A DNA stretch of 64,000 bases, from positions 256,001 to 320,000 of the forward strand of contig CBDBCF010000002.1 of NCBI GenBank assembly GCA_965202985.1, read 5' to 3'. The position numbers and the translations under genes are program-made. The notes under the pieces were generated by a model. It was not told the origin of the DNA, did no database searches, and saw nothing but the letters and a program-made list of their open reading frames with translations. Below are positions 29,514 through 38,728 of this stretch, in pieces. How positions within the stretch are numbered: the first letter of the stretch is position 1; every line of letters starts with the position of its first letter. This DNA is from Longimicrobiales bacterium (lineage in GTDB: Bacteria; Gemmatimonadota; Gemmatimonadetes; Longimicrobiales; Gaopeijiaceae).

Positions 29514-30497
29514 CTAGTTCGCGAGTCGGGCGATCAGCTCCGTGACCGTGTCGCACTCGATGACGGCGTCCGCCGCCGCGTCCAGCTGGTCGCCTCCGTC
29601 CAAGTCGCCGATCACGCCCGACAACTGCACGGCTGCGTCCGCGCCGAACTTTTTGGCCACCTGGCGCTCCAAGACGGTCCTGGATCCCTCCCGGCGGCCC
29701 TCGTCCCGCAGCCTTGCCATCTCTTCTTCGATCTGCGTGTACATGTCCCTCGCCTCCGTCAAGTTGGTGATCTTCGACAGTTCTTCTTCCGAACGTCCCC
29801 ACTTCCGAGCCGCGCCCAACGCCCACAGCGCGAACGCCTCCGCGATCCCTGCGTGCTCGGGACCCGGGTACACCTCCAGCACCTCGTCCAGCACGGCCCG
29901 GACCTTCGCCGTGCCGCCGTCCCGCTCGAGCTTCCTCAACCAAGTCAGGATGCGCCGCTTCCGCAAGCTTCGCCCGGGTGCCGCGCGCATGTCAAGCACT
30001 TGGTAGGGCAGCCGGACCGAGAGGTCGCGGAGCTGGGGCAGCGTGGGCGAGATCAGGTCGGCGATGTCGAGGCGGGCGTCCCAAGGACCGGGGCCGTTGT
30101 GGACGACGCAGACGACGACGGGGGGCAGCCGGTGGTCAGCGCCGGACGGCGTCTCGCGGATTAGGTTCTCGTAGGCGTCGGTCACGTAGCGGAGGACGCG
30201 GGCGGCCATGGATGGGTCGACTCGGGACTGGAATTCGAGGAGCAGGATCATGAATCCGGGGCGGTGTCGGAAGTCGACGCGCCAGATCATGTCGGCCTGT
30301 CGGCGTTCGAGCCGGGAGCTGACGTGCTCCGGCGTGAACTTGCGCAGCGAGTCGAGGTCGAGTTGGTCGGCCCAGTCGGGAGCGATGTAATCTTCGAGGA
30401 GTTCTGCGACGGTGGGGGCCTGGGAGAAGAAGAACTTGTAGACCTCGTCGTGCTTGCGGCGGGGGAAGTCGGGCTTGGCGGACGTGGGATTGGGCAA
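29514..30497 (-). CDS. Rpn-family recombination-promoting nuclease / putative transposase
   Basis: AAGGAGG RBS plus TTG; HDEVYKFFF, RQADMIW, LLEFQSRVDPSMAARVLRY, LPPV..VVHNG..W. Confidence 0.88.
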   Translation of the reverse strand: MPNPTSAKPDFPRRKHDEVYKFFFSQAPTVAELLEDYIAPDWADQLDLDSLRKFTPEHVSSRLERRQADMIWRVDFRHRPGFMILLLEFQSRVDPSMAARVLRYVTDAYENLIRETPSGADHRLPPVVVCVVHNGPGPWDARLDIADLISPTLPQLRDLSVRLPYQVLDMRAAPGRSLRKRRILTWLRKLERDGGTAKVRAVLDEVLEVYPGPEHAGIAEAFALWALGAARKWGRSEEELSKITNLTEARDMYTQIEEEMARLRDEGRREGSRTVLERQVAKKFGADAAVQLSGVIGDLDGGDQLDAAADAVIECDTVTELIARLAN

Positions 30498-30669
30498 CGG
30501 GGTCCTCCTTGGACGCGGGGTTCGCGGGTTGGCGGAGGCCCTTGGGGAGCGCTCCGGGCCCGGGGGAATGGCCGGGGCCGGAAGCAAGATGCACCCGGAA
30601 ATTGGGCGTTTGGATAGCTGGATCGGCCCAACTTTGCGGCTGTGACGGACCGGAGGGGCGCAGCCCCTT

Positions 30670-31791
30670 CTACCGGAACGAGAGTCCGAACGTGTGCGAG
30701 ACCGACAGGGGCGGGTAGCGACTCTCGCGGCGTCCGTGACGCTGATACGCATAGTCGAGGCGGATGCGGTCGCCGGCGAAGCCTCCGCCGAAGGTGAGTT
30801 CGTAGAAGCTGCCGTTCCGATCGTCGGGCATCCGCAGAACGCCGGCCCGAGCGATGAACACGCGGCGCAGCAGCGGCCACCACGCCACCTCCACGCCGGC
30901 TCCGGCCAAGAGCTCGCCGCGCCCGTTGCGGACCAATCGCGCGGCACCTCCCACGTCCAGAGGCCCGACAGGCGTTCGTTCGGTCCCGGCGCCCAAGGTC
31001 ACTCGCCGGGCCAGCGGCACCGTCGGGCCTTCCAGCTCCATCCGCAGCTCCGGCCCCAGGTTCTGCACCGTCAGCGCCACGGTGGCCGGCCCCACTTCGG
31101 TGCTCGCGCCCGCATCGACCGCCCCCGTGACGCCTCTCCGCGTCCCGACCCGCAGACCGACGGCCTTCACCGCGCCGCCCAGCGTGAAGCCGCCGATCTC
31201 GCGGGAGAACGCCCCGGCGGCCACGTACCCGGACGCGGCCTCTTGTCCGGTCCCGCCGAGGTCGATTGCGTTCCGGGGCCAAGCCCAGGGCTCCTCGCCG
31301 TTAGTGTCGTACTCCAAGAACGCCAGCCCAACGCCGGCGACGCCGCCCATCCACCCCGCGCTCCCGCTCATCGCGAGGAAGCCCACCCCGTCCGCCAGCG
31401 CCGACGGATCGTGGAAGTGCTGCCAGCTCATGCCGAAGCCGCCGCTGGACATGAGCGACGGGTGGTGGAAGATCGCCCCGGCCTCGTCGCCCGCCGTCCA
31501 GAAGGCGCCGCCGAGAGCGACGGCCCTGGCGCCGACCGGCAGTTCCAGCATCAGCGGTCCGGGGTCCGGGGGACCGCCGCAGGGCCTTCCCTCGACACAG
31601 GGCGTCGTAGCGGCAACGCTGTATTGCGCCCAAGCGCCTTGGGGCGCGAACCAAACGGCCAGCGCGATCCCGAACGACATCGGCAGCGCAAGCGAAGTCG
31701 GCAACGAGAGCGACAAGTCGGCCCGCGGCAGCGACCCGGTGGTGGCGCTCCCCCTTGTTCCGCGCGGTGTGTTGCTGGCAAGGTGGGCCAT
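30670..31791 (-). CDS. PorV/PorQ-like outer-membrane beta-barrel (start uncertain)
   Basis: LELPVGARAVALGGA, IFHHPS, TVQNLG, LDYAY. Confidence 0.7.
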   Translation of the reverse strand: MAHLASNTPRGTRGSATTGSLPRADLSLSLPTSLALPMSFGIALAVWFAPQGAWAQYSVAATTPCVEGRPCGGPPDPGPLMLELPVGARAVALGGAFWTAGDEAGAIFHHPSLMSSGGFGMSWQHFHDPSALADGVGFLAMSGSAGWMGGVAGVGLAFLEYDTNGEEPWAWPRNAIDLGGTGQEAASGYVAAGAFSREIGGFTLGGAVKAVGLRVGTRRGVTGAVDAGASTEVGPATVALTVQNLGPELRMELEGPTVPLARRVTLGAGTERTPVGPLDVGGAARLVRNGRGELLAGAGVEVAWWPLLRRVFIARAGVLRMPDDRNGSFYELTFGGGFAGDRIRLDYAYQRHGRRESRYPPLSVSHTFGLSFR

Positions 31792-32165
31792 CGTTGACGC
31801 GGGTTGAGGGTGGCCGGAGACGGACCCCGAAGGTAGCTTGGCGAGGAGCGCTGTTGCCAGGAGGCCCATGGCGGGAAGCCCAGCCGTAGTTGGTTTGGCT
31901 TTCCTCTTCCCGCTTGTTACGCCAACGCAATCGGAGGCTACGTGTTTCGGGTCTTCACGGTGTCCATGAGCTTTGCAATGGACCTGTTCATGGAAACGCC
32001 GGTGCCAGAAGCGTTCATGACGCAGTCGCCTCCTGGACACTCTGCACGGGCCAGAGGCACCCTCGGAGATGGATAAGGAAAGCCGAGACGTGACTTGCGG
32101 TAGAGGTGCTTCGATTGGACTCGGTTATTTTCTAAGCAAGCGGTCTCGCGACTGACCAGCTCGGT

Positions 32166-34463
32166 CTACGGCTTGCGGGCCCGTTCTGCCGAGCGCCCGA
32201 ACGATTGTGCGACTTGGCCGGACACTCGGAAGCGGCGTTCGACGAAGCCCTGCCAGCCGTCGGGTTGGGCGTTGAAGACGTTGCCCACTCCGGCGATCAG
32301 GGAGAAGCGCCCGTCGCCGATCTCCAGGGCCGCGCTCAGGTCCAGGGCCGCGAACCGACCTTGGGTGCCTACGCGGGCGGGCGCGCCGTCCGGGCCGACG
32401 CCGACGATCGGGGCTTGACCGGTGACGTGGCCCGTGGCGTCCAGACGGAGCCGCCCGGCGGTCCAGCTGGCGCGAGCGCGGGCCGAGTGCTTGGCCTGTC
32501 GGTCCAGTGGGAGGTCGGGTCGAAGGGAGCGGGCGTCCAGGAAGGCGTAGGCGGCGACGATCTCGCCACCACCTTCGTGAACGGCCCGCAGGTCGAGCTC
32601 GAAGCCTCGGGTGACGGCGTCCGCCACGTTGCGGGGCGAGTAGATCGCCAGCCCGCTGGGTGCGTATCCCACGAACCCGGACTCGATCAGATTGCGGACC
32701 CGGTTGGCGAATAGTTCGACGCCGGCGCGAACGCCGGTGCGCGGGCGCCACTCCACGCCCCCCGAGGCGTTCCACGAGCGCTCGGGTTCCAGGTCGGCGA
32801 AGCCCTGAAGCACGTAGCCGCCGCCCAGGTTCACGAAGTTCCAAGCAAGCTCCTTGAACGACGGCGCCCGGAAGCCGCGAGCCACGGCGCCCCGCACACG
32901 GACCCGATCCCCAATCGCGAAGACGGCCCCCAGGGAGGGGGATACGGTGGACCCCCAGCGGCTGTTCCGGGTAATCCGCGCACCCGCCGTCAGCACCGTG
33001 GCCGCGCCGGGTGCGTGGTTGCCGGGCACGGCCGAGTCGCCCAGGCCGCCCGAGCCCCTTGAGCCGTCCGAGCCCCCCGAGGCGCCCAGGCCCCCCAGCC
33101 GCCAGGCGTCCTGTACGTACAGCTCCACTTGCCGGTCCTCCGCGCGGTCCTCCAGCAGCTTCTCGGGCGAGCGGATCCCCCGAAGCGCGCCCTCCACGCC
33201 CACGTCGAAGCGGTGACGGCCCCACGTTGCCGAGTAGGCCGCGGTCGCCTTGGCCAAGCGCTCCTGCTGCTCGGGGGCGCCGCTTCCCTCGATCGGCGCG
33301 CTTCCTCGGGCGCTCCGGTACAGGTGGTCGTAGTCGTGAGCGAAGATGCGTCCGATCCACTCTCCCCGTCCCGCTTGACGTCGGGCCTCGACCCAGCCGG
33401 ACACACCGGCGTTGTCGTTGAAGCCGGAGAAGCCGCCGCCCACAGGCCAGCGCTGCCGTTCGCGGAGGAAGCTCGCGTCGCCGCGCACCACCCACCTTCG
33501 GGTCGCGAACCGCAGGCTCGACCGAAGGTCCCACACTCGGGCGAAGGCCGTCTCCCGGTCCGCGACCCCCGGCACCCGGTCCTCTTGCCTCCAGCTCCCG
33601 CTGACCCGGTAGACCAAGCTGCTGCCGGAACTCAACCGCCCGCCCCCGCTCGCGCTCGCTTCCGCCCCGCGCCGGCCCGCGCCTCCCGACGACGCCCGTG
33701 CCTCCACCCGAAAGCCCGGCGCCGGCGTGCGGGTCACGATGTTCACCACGCCTCCCACGGCGTCGGAGCCGTAAAGCGACGACAGGGGACCCTTCACCAC
33801 TTCGATCCGGTCCACGCCGGTCATCGACGCGCGGCTCAAGTCCTGGTTCTCGATCAGCGCACCTCCGGCCGGCTGTCCGTCCAGCAGCACCAGCACCCGC
33901 GGCCCGCCGATCCCCCGGATCGAGATGCGGGAGCCCGTGGGAACCCCCCTGCCGACTTGCACGCCCGGCATCCGCGCCAGAAGGCGGTCGGCGGAAGCGG
34001 CCCCGGCGGCGCGTATCTCGGCGGGACCGACGCTAGCCACATGGAGGGCGACTTCGGACCGACGCCGGGGGCGTCCATCGGCGGTGACGACGACCTCTTC
34101 CAGCGCCAGGGGGTCGCGAACAAGGGCGATCTGCCACCCCGCCAGCGCCGCGTCGTCCCAGGGCACGGTCCGGGTTCGGTAGCCCAGGGCCGACACCTCC
34201 ACGGCGCCGCCGGGTCCCCACGGCGTCTCCGACTCGAACCAGCCGCCTTCGCCCGCGAGCACTTCGACCGAGCGCGCCCCGCCGTCCGCCGTCCACGCCA
34301 CCAGGCCGCCGACAACGGGCGCGCCCGTCTCCGCGTCCGTCACCTGTCCGCGGACTTCCGCCGCCATCCCGCGCCGCTGCTCGAGGCCGTGGACCGGCGC
34401 GACGGCAACGACCGCCCAAGCTGCAACCCCGATCCCGGCCCCGACCCAGCGTCCGGCCTTCAC
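32166..34463 (-). CDS. TonB-dependent receptor (haem/tetrapyrrole type)
   Basis: IEVVKGPLSSLYGSDAVGGVVN, FRAPSFKEL, DLEPE; GTG start overlaps HmuY stop. Confidence 0.88.
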   Translation of the reverse strand: MKAGRWVGAGIGVAAWAVVAVAPVHGLEQRRGMAAEVRGQVTDAETGAPVVGGLVAWTADGGARSVEVLAGEGGWFESETPWGPGGAVEVSALGYRTRTVPWDDAALAGWQIALVRDPLALEEVVVTADGRPRRRSEVALHVASVGPAEIRAAGAASADRLLARMPGVQVGRGVPTGSRISIRGIGGPRVLVLLDGQPAGGALIENQDLSRASMTGVDRIEVVKGPLSSLYGSDAVGGVVNIVTRTPAPGFRVEARASSGGAGRRGAEASASGGGRLSSGSSLVYRVSGSWRQEDRVPGVADRETAFARVWDLRSSLRFATRRWVVRGDASFLRERQRWPVGGGFSGFNDNAGVSGWVEARRQAGRGEWIGRIFAHDYDHLYRSARGSAPIEGSGAPEQQERLAKATAAYSATWGRHRFDVGVEGALRGIRSPEKLLEDRAEDRQVELYVQDAWRLGGLGASGGSDGSRGSGGLGDSAVPGNHAPGAATVLTAGARITRNSRWGSTVSPSLGAVFAIGDRVRVRGAVARGFRAPSFKELAWNFVNLGGGYVLQGFADLEPERSWNASGGVEWRPRTGVRAGVELFANRVRNLIESGFVGYAPSGLAIYSPRNVADAVTRGFELDLRAVHEGGGEIVAAYAFLDARSLRPDLPLDRQAKHSARARASWTAGRLRLDATGHVTGQAPIVGVGPDGAPARVGTQGRFAALDLSAALEIGDGRFSLIAGVGNVFNAQPDGWQGFVERRFRVSGQVAQSFGRSAERARKP

Positions 34464-35542
34464 CGGAGCCGCAGGAACCTCACGGTGGGGAAGCCCGACG
34501 CGCCGTCGGCGGAGTAGTAGCTGGTGATTTGGACCTTGTAGACCTGCTGGCCGTCCCGCACCAGGAAGACGTTGTAGGTCGGCCACATCCGATTGCCGCC
34601 CTCGATGTTGTACCAGAAGGTTCCGCTGGCGTCGCTCACGGCCGCGGGGAACGCCCCGCCGACGGCCGACAGGAAGCCTCCGTACTTGGGCGCGTCGGCG
34701 GCGGTGGTCAGGGCCGCGAAGTCGTCGTCGGCGGCCAGGGGGAACGTTCCGCCGTCGCAATCGGCGTTCACCTCGATCTCCAGGGCGGGCGTCGCTCCAA
34801 GGTCCCACGCGCAGGCGTTCTGGCCCTGCACCTCGCCGGCTCCGAGCGCCCGGCCGTTCGCGAGAGCGACGTAAGCCGGCCCCCGCGTCAGGTCCAGCGC
34901 CACGGTTTCGGCCTCGCCCAAAGCGCCGCCCGGGTCCTGCCGCCGATACTCCACGACAAGGCCGACGGGCCGCTGCCCCTGCATCGTCAGCTCGCTCACC
35001 CGGAAGACGGCGTGACCCCGGCCCGAGCCCTCTTGCACCTTCCACGCCGCGCCGGGGTTCGCCACGACGGTGCCCGCCCGCCCGTCGAACCGGAACCAGC
35101 TGGCGCCGGGGTCGGGCACCACGTCGTCCTCGACGAAGGTCGCGCCGGCGATGTCGTCCGCCGTGACGGCCTGGAACGCGCTCTCGCCGTCGGCCGCGTC
35201 CAGAGCCGCCACCTGCTCCTGGGTCAGCGCGGCGTTGTTGCGCAGGTTGGCGCCGGCCACCGACCCCGCTCCGCTGACGCCGCCGTTGAGGCGCACGGCG
35301 AAGCGCTGGAAGCTCATGTGCCAAGCCGTCGAGGCAGCGTCGGGGGAAGTCACGACCGTTCCCCCGTCGGCCAGGCTCAGGTAGGCGGGGGCGCGGTGCG
35401 AAGAGGCGTCGACCGTGATCGTGCCTTCCTCGAAGACATCGTCGGGCGGCGCCACGGTGTCCTCGCAGGCGGCGGGAACGAGGGAAAGGATCGTCGCGGC
35501 GGTCGCGGCCGCGAAGGACGGGTACTGGAAGCGATTGCGCAT
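34460..35542 (-). CDS. hmuY: HmuY-family lipoprotein (apparently two HmuY-like halves)
   Basis: Lipobox PAAC, WHMSFQRFAVRLNGG.SG, second W-DL unit, VYKVQITSYY...SGFPTVR. Confidence 0.75.
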   Translation of the reverse strand: MRNRFQYPSFAAATAATILSLVPAACEDTVAPPDDVFEEGTITVDASSHRAPAYLSLADGGTVVTSPDAASTAWHMSFQRFAVRLNGGVSGAGSVAGANLRNNAALTQEQVAALDAADGESAFQAVTADDIAGATFVEDDVVPDPGASWFRFDGRAGTVVANPGAAWKVQEGSGRGHAVFRVSELTMQGQRPVGLVVEYRRQDPGGALGEAETVALDLTRGPAYVALANGRALGAGEVQGQNACAWDLGATPALEIEVNADCDGGTFPLAADDDFAALTTAADAPKYGGFLSAVGGAFPAAVSDASGTFWYNIEGGNRMWPTYNVFLVRDGQQVYKVQITSYYSADGASGFPTVRFLRLR

Positions 35543-35562
35543 GACTGGAAGAATCCTCGAGT

Positions 35563-36660
35563 TCAGAAGGATGCAGGTTCGCGCCCTCGTGCCGGATTGG
35601 CCGAAAGGGCGCAGGAAGCGAGGGGCGACGGCAGGCCAGCGGCGCAGAAGCGACTCGTGGCCCGTTCGGCGACCCACTCGGTGATCAGGGGATGGGGAAG
35701 GAGGGCGGGACCGCTTTCGTAGGCGAGTCCCTCCAGCACGTCCGCGTAGGGGCCGAAGCCGTAGAGACGGTACGGCAGCACGACGACCCGACCGTGCCGG
35801 CGCCGCATCTCCTCGACGGCCGCCCGGATGTCGTCCTCGGCCACTGCCCGGGCCTCCGCCCAGTCCTCGCGAAGTGTGGCCGTCCGCACCTCCGGGTGCC
35901 CGGTGGTCCGCAGCTCCTGCGCGCTGCGCTCCATCAGGGCCAGCAGCCGGTCGTTCTCGTCCTCGGCGCCCATGCCGTGGGCCACCAGAAGCACGCCGGC
36001 GTCCCGTTCGGGGGCCGCCGCCGCCGCCCGCCCCGCCATGATGCCGCCGGCCGCGCGGGAGCCCGCCAAGCCGTCCGGGTCAAGCAGTATCCTCGCCTCC
36101 GTGGTCAGAGGCCGAAGGTCGGCGCCGTCGGTCATGCGATGTCCGATCATGCCCCAGGACGGGGGATCGGAGCGCAGGCCGAAGAGGTACTCGGTCTGGT
36201 GCAGGAAGGAAGCGCCGGACAGGAAGAGTCGGACGACGGCCACGTCGCGCGCCCCATGCGCCGCAAGGCTGTCCAGCCCCGCCTGCAGCGTGCGCGGGTC
36301 CGCCATTCCAAGCGCCAGGACAAGGGGGATGCGGTCTCGGAGCGGAGCGACGGCCTGGGCGACGGCGGCGTTCCATTCGGCCCCGCCGCCGTGCGCCATG
36401 ACGAGGACGCCGGTCGAGTGGGCGGCGACTGGGTTCGCCGGGGAATCGCCGGTATCGGGTGAGTCGGCCGTGATGGGGGAGTCGCCCGGGGCGGGGAAGT
36501 CGCCTGCCGCAGGGAGCGGCTCGGGGACGGGCGCACCGACGCCGGCGCACGCCGACAGCGCTGCAAAGGCCGCGAAGCACGGGGCGAGCACGAGGGCGGC
36601 GCGCCCGCGGCGGGCGGGTCGGATCGGCTCCGGCATCGGTGGTGGCTCCTTCTCCTGCAT
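35563..36660 (-). CDS. CbiX/SirB-like class II chelatase with lipoprotein signal
   Basis: Lipobox LSAC, VLVMAHGG, VVRLFLSG, LLVAHG, LLPHP; AAGGAG RBS. Confidence 0.75.
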   Translation of the reverse strand: MQEKEPPPMPEPIRPARRGRAALVLAPCFAAFAALSACAGVGAPVPEPLPAAGDFPAPGDSPITADSPDTGDSPANPVAAHSTGVLVMAHGGGAEWNAAVAQAVAPLRDRIPLVLALGMADPRTLQAGLDSLAAHGARDVAVVRLFLSGASFLHQTEYLFGLRSDPPSWGMIGHRMTDGADLRPLTTEARILLDPDGLAGSRAAGGIMAGRAAAAAPERDAGVLLVAHGMGAEDENDRLLALMERSAQELRTTGHPEVRTATLREDWAEARAVAEDDIRAAVEEMRRRHGRVVVLPYRLYGFGPYADVLEGLAYESGPALLPHPLITEWVAERATSRFCAAGLPSPLASCALSANPARGREPASF

Positions 36661-36681
36661 CGTCGATGATCTCCTTGATGA

Positions 36682-36702
36682 AAATGAGAAGCGTTCTCAT
36701 TT
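36682..36702. promoter_or_regulatory. Fur-box-like palindrome AAATGAGAA-gcg-TTCTCATTT
   Basis: Perfect 9-bp inverted repeat about 22 nt upstream of the chelatase start; resembles Fur 7-1-7 boxes. Confidence 0.75.
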
Positions 36703-36816
36703 AGCGCGAAACGCGCCGGAGTATGGACGAACACGGAGAAGAGGTCAACCCCGGACCGTCGGTCCCCTCGGCTGCCCCCCGTTGACAGGCCGGGCCGCCG
36801 GGCGATTCTTCCAGTC

Positions 36817-37686
36817 ATGGCCTTGACTCTTGCTTACCTGGGACCGGAGGGGACGTACAGCGAGCAAGCGGCGCTGGGGTACGGTCCGCGGGCTCGGCGG
36901 GTGCCGTTCGGAAGCATTCCGGCGGCGATCCGGGCGGCGGAGGGCGGGGAGGCGGACGAGGCGGTCGTGCCGATCGAGAACAGCTTGGAGGGCGCCGTCA
37001 CCTCGACGACCGACCTGCTGATCCACGAGACGGCGCTCAAGATCAAGCGCGAGATCGTCGTCCCGATCCGCCATTGCCTGGTCCTGCCGCCGGGCGCCGA
37101 CGCGGCCCAGGTCGCCGTGATCTTCTCCCACCCCCAAGCGACGGCGCAGTGCCGCGGCTACTTGGGACGGCGCTTCCCGGACGCGGGGCTCTCGGCGTCG
37201 CTCAGCACCGCCGCGGCCGTGGGGGACATGTTGGTGAGCAAGCGCCCCGCCGCGGCCGTCTCCAGCCGTCGCGCGGCCGAACTGTTCGGCGGCGAAGTCG
37301 TCGCGAGCGGGATCGAGGACGCCGCGAACAACCAGACCCGGTTCGTGGTCCTGGGCGCCGACGACGCCCCGCCCACGGGCCGCGACAAGACGTCCGTCTG
37401 CTTCGACTTCAGCCACGACGGCCCCGGCATCCTCCACAACGCCCTAGGCGCGCTGGCGTCGCGCGAGATCAACATGCTCAAGATCGAGTCCCGCCCCGAC
37501 AAGCGAAGCCCCGGCCGCTACTACTTCCTGCTGGACGTGGAGGGCCACCGCACCGACCCCGCCGTCCGCGACGCCCTTGCGGACATTGCCCGGCCCGCCG
37601 CGTCGTTCAAGGTTCTAGGCTCGTATCCCAGGGCGGACCGAGAGGGGGACAGGGACAAGGCCGCTGTTGAACGACGACCAAGATGA
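36817..37686 (+). CDS. pheA: Prephenate dehydratase
   Basis: AYLGPEGTYSEQA, VPIENSLEG, SHPQA..QC, NQTRF, ACT domain KIESRP. Confidence 0.95.
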   Translation: MALTLAYLGPEGTYSEQAALGYGPRARRVPFGSIPAAIRAAEGGEADEAVVPIENSLEGAVTSTTDLLIHETALKIKREIVVPIRHCLVLPPGADAAQVAVIFSHPQATAQCRGYLGRRFPDAGLSASLSTAAAVGDMLVSKRPAAAVSSRRAAELFGGEVVASGIEDAANNQTRFVVLGADDAPPTGRDKTSVCFDFSHDGPGILHNALGALASREINMLKIESRPDKRSPGRYYFLLDVEGHRTDPAVRDALADIARPAASFKVLGSYPRADREGDRDKAAVERRPR

Positions 37687-37995
37687 GACGGTAGTGACAA
37701 CCAGATGAGACCGTCGGAGGCGGCTGTGATCCGAGGTCGAGGGTTCGCGTGCGGGCTTGGTCCTGTCGTTCGGAGTCGATCGTCGGTGATCGTGGAGAGG
37801 GTCCAGCTACATCAGCCTGCCCGAATGAGGAGGAGTGCTGATGGCCAGCTGGCACGTGAAATGATGGCCAGGTGAGGTAGTACATCGGACCCGATCGGAC
37901 CGACCGCTCCCGCGTGGACAACGTTGTTCCCAATCGGTTGGCGACTACGAGTGCGCAGCCAAGCTTGAACGACGCTGTCCCCCACGGCTGCAACC

Positions 37996-38024
37996 TTGAC
38001 GCACAGACGAAATCCCACTTTAAT
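37996..38024 (+). promoter_or_regulatory. Sigma70-type promoter TTGACG-N17-TTTAAT
   Basis: Near-consensus hexamers with 17-nt spacing upstream of the AAGGAG RBS and ATG 38079. Confidence 0.6.
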
Positions 38025-38078
38025 GTGCGACTATTTGTAGGCAACCAACCACATTCTCGAAAGGAGTCCAAGATCACC

Positions 38079-38315
38079 ATGAGCAGACTCGCCAAGAAAC
38101 CCGTCGCCCCGATCGTCGAGATCCTCCTACAGATCAAAGAAGGCCAGCGCCCCACGCAGGGAGACGCCCTGGAAGAGGCGATCGCACGTAGGTGCGTCAC
38201 GGAGCGGATTTCCGAGCCACCGCTTGATCCGGATGTTCCTCCCCCGCCTCCCGTGTACGCACTTACGGGCAAGGGCGAGGAGTACCTAGCGCAACAGGAA
38301 GACGCCAACCAGTAG
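38079..38315 (+). CDS. 78-aa hypothetical protein, winged-helix-like
   Basis: Own promoter and AAGGAG RBS; YALTGKGEEYL wing-like motif; diverged duplicate 384 bp downstream. Confidence 0.65.
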   Translation: MSRLAKKPVAPIVEILLQIKEGQRPTQGDALEEAIARRCVTERISEPPLDPDVPPPPPVYALTGKGEEYLAQQEDANQ

Positions 38316-38343
38316 GAGACGATAAGAAGACGAGTGCGGAGGC

Positions 38344-38380
38344 CGCTCAACGAAGGCCGGTGCCTCGACCCCGGTGCCAC
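38344..38380 (-). CRISPR. Solo degenerate type I-G repeat
   Basis: CGCTCAACGAAGGCCGGTGCCTCGACCCCGGTGCCAC, 4 mismatches to the array consensus. Confidence 0.85.
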
Positions 38381-38416
38381 TGCCGACTTCTTCGCTGGGC
38401 TGGGTGGAGCACGGCA

Positions 38417-38445
38417 CGGTCTATCCCCGCACACACGGGGAAGCC
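38417..38445 (-). CRISPR. Solo type I-E-like repeat
   Basis: 29 nt; minus strand GGCTTCCCCGTGTGTGCGGGGATAGACCG has the CCCCG/CGGGG stem and ATAGACCG handle of I-E repeats. Confidence 0.7.
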
Positions 38446-38489
38446 CCCGTCCGTCAGGCGTCCGGCCGACGACGACGGCGCGACGAACC

Positions 38490-38697
38490 GCCCCGATCAT
38501 CGAGATCCTGCGGACAGATCAAAAACGGCCAGCGCTCCACGCAAGGGGATGCCCTGGAAGGGGCAATCGCACGCTGGTACGTCACGGAGTGGACTCCCGA
38601 TCAACCGCTTGATCCAGGTGTCCCTACCCAGCCTCCCATGTACGCACTTACGGGCAAGGGCGACGAGTGCCTAGCGCAACAGGAAGACGCCAACTAG
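38490..38697 (+). pseudogene. Frameshifted, 5'-truncated duplicate of the 38079-38315 gene
   Basis: APIIEIL / +1 shift / QIKNGQRSTQGDALEGAIARWYVTE...YALTGKGDECLAQQEDAN; the 30-nt 3' flank is also duplicated. Confidence 0.75.
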
Positions 38698-38728
38698 TAG
38701 GAGACGACAAGAAAACGAGTGCGCAGGC

